64,000 nt of DNA from assembly GCA_003598025.1 (NCBI GenBank), contig QZKH01000002.1, forward strand, positions 206,206-270,205, read 5' to 3'. This document shows, one piece after another, positions 59,183 to 64,000 of the stretch. The stretch is from Candidatus Omnitrophota bacterium. Its GTDB lineage: Bacteria; Omnitrophota; Gorgyraeia; Gygaellales; Profunditerraquicolaceae. A program made the translations under genes and the position numbers. The notes below the pieces were generated by a model that saw only the letters and a list, made by a program, of their open reading frames with translations, was not told the DNA's origin and made no database searches. Position 1 is the first letter of the stretch, and each line of letters opens with the position of its first letter.

Positions 59183-59992
59183 ATGAAAAATTTAGACTTG
59201 GAGAAAAATGCAATAAAAGGGATTCGAGAAGCGATAGCTTGGCATACTATAATAGTGGATGTTTCCCTCGCCAATACTTCTCTTGGGTGGGGGACGGGAA
59301 CATTATTAGAGATAAATAGCAGAAAGTTTATATTAACATGCGCACATGTAGTTAAAAAAGAATATAAAAATAAAGATTTGAGGTTTATTTATCGCTCAGG
59401 AAATTCTTTAAGAGATGCTGATAAAGATATTATTAAAGAAGCTCCGCTTAATGATCTAGTTGAAGCAGATGATAAAGCGTATTCTTTAGAAATTCCAACA
59501 ATTAATAGGTTTTATTCTGATTTTACTGATGATTTAGTCATGCTGGAATTAGAGCCAACAGCAAAAACAATAAGTAATTTTGTTTTTTTTGATGCCTCTA
59601 TAGGGAGAATCATATCTCCTGAAATTGGCATGGCGACTTATATGCTTGGTTTTTCTGTTGAACTAACAAGAGAAATTAATAAATATGGTGTTGGAAATTT
59701 CCATTATTTCTTGGGATCAAAAATCATAGATTTTGCTGCTTCTGACCGAAGCATTGATTATAATAGGCAATTTTTTATCGATTATAGTATTGATGATCAC
59801 TCAGTTGACCTGCATGGTTTGAGCGGCTGTGGAGTATGGACGCGCAAGCCATCTGGAAAGAATAATTTATGGTCTCCAAATCTTTATCTTGTTGGAGTCC
59901 AGGATGCTTTTATCACAGTAACTAGAAAATTTCAGCCTATCCGAGCGACTAGGGGAGAAAGAATAACAGATTTAATTAACAAAACAATATAA
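59183..59992 (+). CDS. Cassette gene B: trypsin-fold (chymotrypsin-like) serine protease candidate
   Basis: The catalytic-triad contexts appear in canonical order: His in LTCAHVV, Asp in DDLVMLELE (compare trypsin DIMLIKL) and Ser in HGLSGCGVW (compare GDSGGP). The region is AT-rich. Confidence 0.5.
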   Translation: MKNLDLEKNAIKGIREAIAWHTIIVDVSLANTSLGWGTGTLLEINSRKFILTCAHVVKKEYKNKDLRFIYRSGNSLRDADKDIIKEAPLNDLVEADDKAYSLEIPTINRFYSDFTDDLVMLELEPTAKTISNFVFFDASIGRIISPEIGMATYMLGFSVELTREINKYGVGNFHYFLGSKIIDFAASDRSIDYNRQFFIDYSIDDHSVDLHGLSGCGVWTRKPSGKNNLWSPNLYLVGVQDAFITVTRKFQPIRATRGERITDLINKTI

Positions 59993-60091
59993 ATAATAAA
60001 CACTTTATGATATGTGTGTAAAGTGGATTTTGGTTTTCTCAATAAGCTATCAGCTCCAGGCTATATTTATCGTGATATACATATAGTTTTT

Positions 60092-60248
60092 CTGTGACCT
60101 TGTGTCTTTGTGACCAACTACTCTAGTTATTACTGTGCTCCGTGAACCGTGATCTGTGAACTCAAGCTTTTTGTGTCCTTGTGTCGTGTGACTTTGTGAC
60201 TACCTACTTTAGCTATTTCTATGAACTATGAACCATCAACCATGAACC
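60092..60248. repeat. Right terminal inverted repeat of cassette (reverse-complement heptamer units + core + an extra partial copy of the gtgtc/gtgac motif)
   Basis: See the left TIR. Its outer end is ctatgaactatgaaccatcaaccatgaacc. Confidence 0.75.
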
Positions 60249-60296
60249 TTTTTTCCCTTTGCTTTCCCTCATTTTTGTGCTAAAATTAACAGTTCA

Positions 60297-61226
60297 ATGA
60301 GCAATATAAAGAAGGTTAAAACATACTCCATAAAGAAGCGTTTCAGCAAGGTAAAGGCAGGGGATTTTGCCAAGGCTCCGGCAAAAAACAAGTCCTTTGC
60401 CCGCTTCTATGAGTCTATGCCGGATATCCTTAAGGCCAAGGATTTAAGGGCGGTTGTAGATGCGGTAGTGGCAGCCCGGCGCAAGAAAAAAAGCGTAATA
60501 TTAATGGCCGGCGCGCACGTTATTAAATGCGGGCTTAACCCGGTTATCGTCGAGCTTCTTAAGAAGAAGGCCGTATCTTGCGTATGTTTAAACGGCGCAG
60601 GGATAATCCATGATTTTGAGCTGGCTTACCAGGCTAAAACCTCCGAAGATGTAGGCGAAGCCTTAAGAACGGGTAGTTTTGGCATGGGCAGAGAGACTGC
60701 TGAGTTCATCAATCAGGCAGTTTTAGATGGAGTTTGCGCAGGCAAAGGCCTGGGTAATTCTGTGGGCATGGCAATAACCAAAGCCAAGCTACCGCATAGG
60801 GATTTGAGCCTGTTATACAATGCCTATAAATCCAATATTCCGGTTTGCGTATTCGTTGCAATCGGAACTGACATAATACACCAGCACCCTTCGTTTAACC
60901 CGGCTTTAACCGGTGAGGCAAGCTATCGGGATTTTGCCACTTTAGTATATGAGATCAAATCCCTAAATAACGGAGGTGTATTGCTGAATTTCGGCTCGGC
61001 AGTTATCATGCCTGAGGTGTTTTTAAAAGCGCTTAACCTGACCCGCAACTTAGGGCATAAGGCGCAGAATTTTACAACCGCAAATTTTGATATGATACAC
61101 CATTACCGGCCGCATCAGAATATCGTTACGCGCCCGGTTGAGGCAGGCGGCAAAGGCTACTATATTATCGGCCACCATGAAATAATGCTTCCGCTCTTTG
61201 CCCAGGCCGTCTTAGAAAAGATATGA
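60297..61226 (+). CDS. Hypothetical protein, possibly deoxyhypusine-synthase-like (DS family) fold
   Basis: A by-eye alignment of VILMAGAHVIKCG...NGAGIIHDFE to the DHS block VFLGYTSNLISSG...TTAGGVEEDL is plausible. This is low-confidence recall. Confidence 0.35.
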   Translation: MSNIKKVKTYSIKKRFSKVKAGDFAKAPAKNKSFARFYESMPDILKAKDLRAVVDAVVAARRKKKSVILMAGAHVIKCGLNPVIVELLKKKAVSCVCLNGAGIIHDFELAYQAKTSEDVGEALRTGSFGMGRETAEFINQAVLDGVCAGKGLGNSVGMAITKAKLPHRDLSLLYNAYKSNIPVCVFVAIGTDIIHQHPSFNPALTGEASYRDFATLVYEIKSLNNGGVLLNFGSAVIMPEVFLKALNLTRNLGHKAQNFTTANFDMIHHYRPHQNIVTRPVEAGGKGYYIIGHHEIMLPLFAQAVLEKI

Positions 61227-62242
61227 AAGAATTTGATAAGTTAATAAAAGATTTCAGAAAGGCGCGCATCCTTGTAATCGGCGATTTGATACTTGATGAA
61301 TACATCTGGGGAGATGTAAGCCGGATATCCCCGGAAGCGCCGGTACCGGTAGTGTGGGCAAAGAAGAGGAATTTTATGCCCGGGGGAGCGGCAAATGTCG
61401 CATCCAACATCGTTTCCCTTGGCGCAAAAGTATGCCTCTTAGGCGTAATCGGCGATTATGCAAGCGCAGACACCATGCTTACGGAGTTAAAAAAGAGAAA
61501 GATACCCACAGGCACTGTCTTTATTGACAGGCACAGGCACACGACATTAAAGACCCGGATTATCGCCGGCCACCAGCAGATAGTGCGCGTTGACTGGGAG
61601 GATACGCACCCGGTGCCAAAGAAGATAAACGATAAGATAATAAATTTTGTCACAAAGAACATAGATAAATTTGACGCAGTCATCATTGAAGATTACGGTA
61701 AGGGCGTAATAAACATCGAGCTCCTTGAAAAGGTAGTCAAGCTTGGCGCAAAAAAGAAGAAGGTGATCACTGTTGATCCTAAGGAAGAGCATTTCCAGTA
61801 TTACCGCGGGGTTACTTCAATCACACCCAACAGGCGCGAGCTTGAGAACGCAGTAAGGAACTTAAAGATCAAAGATACTTCCAACAAGTTTAAGATCTGC
61901 GACGATAAATTATTCAGCGATAAAGAGATTGAGAATGCCGCCCGCCAGATACTAAAATACCTCGGCTTAGATTCCATACTGGTCACTCTGGGCGAGAACG
62001 GGATGTGGCTTTTTGAGAATAACGGCCATGATGTAAAGATACCGACTGTGGCGCAGGAGGTATTTGATGTATCGGGCGCAGGCGATGCGGTTATCGCCTG
62101 TTTTACGCTTGCCTTAGCAAGCGGGGCGCAAAAGAAAAAAGCAGCGGCTTTAGCAAACATCGCCGCAGGCATTGTAGTCGGAAAACTGGGCACAGTCCCG
62201 GTGACTAAAGAAGAACTTTTACAGAAAATACATAAGCTTTGA
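61223..62242 (+). CDS. D-glycero-beta-D-manno-heptose-7-phosphate kinase (PfkB family; HldA/HldE domain I-like, kinase only)
   Basis: The PfkB signature DVSGAGDAV is present. It sits in the ADP-heptose/Kdo context, and 339 aa means there is no adenylyltransferase domain. Confidence 0.7.
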   Translation: MKEFDKLIKDFRKARILVIGDLILDEYIWGDVSRISPEAPVPVVWAKKRNFMPGGAANVASNIVSLGAKVCLLGVIGDYASADTMLTELKKRKIPTGTVFIDRHRHTTLKTRIIAGHQQIVRVDWEDTHPVPKKINDKIINFVTKNIDKFDAVIIEDYGKGVINIELLEKVVKLGAKKKKVITVDPKEEHFQYYRGVTSITPNRRELENAVRNLKIKDTSNKFKICDDKLFSDKEIENAARQILKYLGLDSILVTLGENGMWLFENNGHDVKIPTVAQEVFDVSGAGDAVIACFTLALASGAQKKKAAALANIAAGIVVGKLGTVPVTKEELLQKIHKL

Positions 62243-62267
62243 GAATAGAAAGGCAGAAGGTGCTTAA

Positions 62268-63008
62268 ATGGATGTAGTCGGCGTAATCCCGGCAAGGTTT
62301 TCATCAACGCGCTTTGAAGGAAAAGTTTTGGCAGATATTGCAGGAAAGCCCATGATACAGCATGTCTGGGAGCGCGCAAAGCAAGCGCTTATCCTTGATG
62401 AACTGATTATTGCCTGTGACGATGAGAGGATACAGGAAGCGGTAAAGGAATTCGGCGCTAAGGCGGTTATGACATCAAAGAGCCATTCCTGCGGCACAGA
62501 CAGGATAATCGAGGTGATAAACCCGCTTGATGTAAAAGTGGTGATCAATATCCAAGCAGATGAGCCGCTTATCAATCCTATGATGATTGATATGGCAGCC
62601 CGGGCGATATTGGATGACGAAAATGTCCATATGTCGACGATCTGCAAAAAAATAGAGGACCCGGAGCTGATAAATGACCCGAATGTGGTAAAGGTGGTAA
62701 TGGATAAAAACGGCTTTGCCCTGTATTTCTCAAGGGCGGCTATCCCGCATTGCGGCCATGATAATGAAGGCGTCTGCATTGATTACTACAAGCATATAGG
62801 CTTATACGGATATACAAAAGACTTTTTATTCACTTATAAAAATTTACCGCAGTCCTGCCTTGAGAAGTGCGAGCGCTTAGAGCAGCTGCGCGTGTTAGAG
62901 CACGGCTTCCGCATCAAGGTAGTTGAGACTAAATTTGATACTTTAGGGGTAGATACCCCCGAAGATTTACAGAGGGTGAGAGATTACCTGAAAAACCAGG
63001 AGAACTGA
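62268..63008 (+). CDS. kdsB: 3-deoxy-manno-octulosonate cytidylyltransferase (CMP-Kdo synthetase)
   Basis: The N-terminus VIPARFSSTRFEGKVLADI is typical of KdsB. Confidence 0.9.
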   Translation: MDVVGVIPARFSSTRFEGKVLADIAGKPMIQHVWERAKQALILDELIIACDDERIQEAVKEFGAKAVMTSKSHSCGTDRIIEVINPLDVKVVINIQADEPLINPMMIDMAARAILDDENVHMSTICKKIEDPELINDPNVVKVVMDKNGFALYFSRAAIPHCGHDNEGVCIDYYKHIGLYGYTKDFLFTYKNLPQSCLEKCERLEQLRVLEHGFRIKVVETKFDTLGVDTPEDLQRVRDYLKNQEN

Positions 63009-63820
63009 TGCCGCAAGTAGAGGTTAATAAAATAAAGATAGGCCATGGCAACCCTTTAGTTTTAATCGCCGGCCCATGCGTCATTGAAAATGCCAAAGAC
63101 TGCATGGACGCGGCAAAGAGATTAAAGGAGATAGCCAAAAAGCATAAGCTCGGGTTGATTTTTAAATCCAGCTTTGATAAAGCTAACCGTCTTTCCGGGG
63201 ATTCTTTCCGCGGTCCGGGTCTTGTTAAAGGCTTAGAGATCTTAAGCCGGATAAAGAAAGAGGTAAATGTCCCGATACTGACTGATGTGCATTGCGCCCA
63301 CGATGTAGACAGGGTCGCAGAGGTCGCTGATGTGATACAGATCCCCGCGTTTTTATGCCGCCAGACAAATATTGTCGTTAAGGCAGCAAAGAGCGGCAGG
63401 GTTGTAAACATCAAAAAAGGCCAGTTTCTTGCCCCTTGGGATATGGCCCCGATAATAAAAAAGATAGAGGAAGCCGGCAGCAAAAAGATTTTGATTACCG
63501 AAAGAGGGGTTTCTTTCGGGTATAATAATTTAGTCACGGATTTCCGCGCGCTTGCGATAATGCGCGCTTTCGGTTACCCGGTCATCTTTGATGCCACCCA
63601 CAGCATACAGATACCCGGAGGGAAAGGGAGCTGTTCAGGTGGCCAGAGCGAATTTGTTGACGGATTGTCACGCGCGGCAGTTGCTTTTGGCTGTGACGGG
63701 ATATTCTTAGAGGTGCATCAGAACCCGAAAGCCGCACTCTGTGACGGGCTAAACATGATAGATTTTAAACAGCTGGATAAATTGCTTGCCCAATTAAAGA
63801 AAATAGAGGAAGTATTATGA
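63008..63820 (+). CDS. kdsA: 2-dehydro-3-deoxyphosphooctonate aldolase (Kdo8P synthase)
   Basis: A DAHP-synthase-I-family TIM barrel is present (LIAGPCVIE, FKSSFDKANR). Confidence 0.9.
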   Translation: MPQVEVNKIKIGHGNPLVLIAGPCVIENAKDCMDAAKRLKEIAKKHKLGLIFKSSFDKANRLSGDSFRGPGLVKGLEILSRIKKEVNVPILTDVHCAHDVDRVAEVADVIQIPAFLCRQTNIVVKAAKSGRVVNIKKGQFLAPWDMAPIIKKIEEAGSKKILITERGVSFGYNNLVTDFRALAIMRAFGYPVIFDATHSIQIPGGKGSCSGGQSEFVDGLSRAAVAFGCDGIFLEVHQNPKAALCDGLNMIDFKQLDKLLAQLKKIEEVL

Positions 63821-64000
63821 AGAGGCATTCGGTAGAAAAAATAGCAAAGGATGTTTTGACTATAGAGGCGCAGGCAGTAAGCGCTTTAAAGAGCAGGATA
63901 GGCGCGGATTTTAAGAAGGCGTTTAATATTTTGTTTAAGACAAAAGGAAGGGTGGTAGTAAGCGGTATAGGAAAAACCGGAATTATCGGGCAAAAATTTT
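63817..64000 (+). CDS. kdsD: Arabinose-5-phosphate isomerase KdsD/KpsF, N-terminal fragment (gene continues beyond the window)
   Basis: The SIS-domain start VVVSGIGKTGIIGQKF is present. The start overlaps the kdsA stop (ATGA). Confidence 0.65.
   Translation, partial: MKRHSVEKIAKDVLTIEAQAVSALKSRIGADFKKAFNILFKTKGRVVVSGIGKTGIIGQKF

Overview
The window is an almost entirely plus-strand 64 kb stretch from a diderm (LPS-making) bacterium of intermediate GC content. The lineage is not identifiable by eye, and it looks like an uncultured or candidate-phylum genome. All protein calls below are by-eye motif recognition from the supplied translations, without searches.

Gene content from 5' to 3':
- The C-terminal end of enolase, ftsB, an initiator tRNA-fMet, and a few small hypothetical genes.
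- A long de novo purine block, purB, purS-L fusion, LOG-family, purQ, two tandem purF paralogs, purM, then an SPFH gene and a terminator, then purD and purE. This is followed by a fused Sua5/YwlC-LMW-phosphatase gene, rpiB, glyA, dCMP deaminase, nrdR, a bifunctional nuclease, a CCA/poly(A)-polymerase-family enzyme, an FNR-like reductase, a macro-Nudix fusion and DUF192.
- The only two minus-strand genes, a Ski2-like helicase and an AT-rich hypothetical.
- A housekeeping block with thermonuclease, MshEN-PilZ, aroC, spoVG, aroK, dprA, topA, xerC/D-like recombinase and waaA, then a membrane-anchored coiled-coil EF-G paralog, pyk, STAS-PilZ, OsmC, a large GH94-like protein, nth, a thioesterase and YjbQ.
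- An LPS/Kdo/heptose cluster with lpxK, an LpxL-ELM1 fusion, a GT4-GT9 fusion, GT4, a deacetylase, GT9, a tandem GT9, a hldA-like kinase, kdsB, kdsA and kdsD.

The unusual content is mostly non-coding:
- A family of imperfect tandem heptamers (GTTCAYR and its complement ATGAAC) forms palindromic arrays in at least nine intergenic sites. The same family occurs as in-frame tandem copies inside purD and purQ.
- Two AT-rich gene cassettes are bracketed by inverted copies of these arrays. One (58263..60248) also has about 75-nt near-identical terminal inverted repeats and carries a membrane protein plus a trypsin-fold serine protease, inserted inside the LPS core locus. I regard this as the best candidate for an undescribed mobile or defence-type module.
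- A tandem pair of 86-bp units (26398..26570) shares a conserved palindromic leader and a hairpin whose stems differ by two compensatory base-pair changes. This looks like a structured RNA or a recombination site.

No CRISPR array, transposase or prophage genes were seen.
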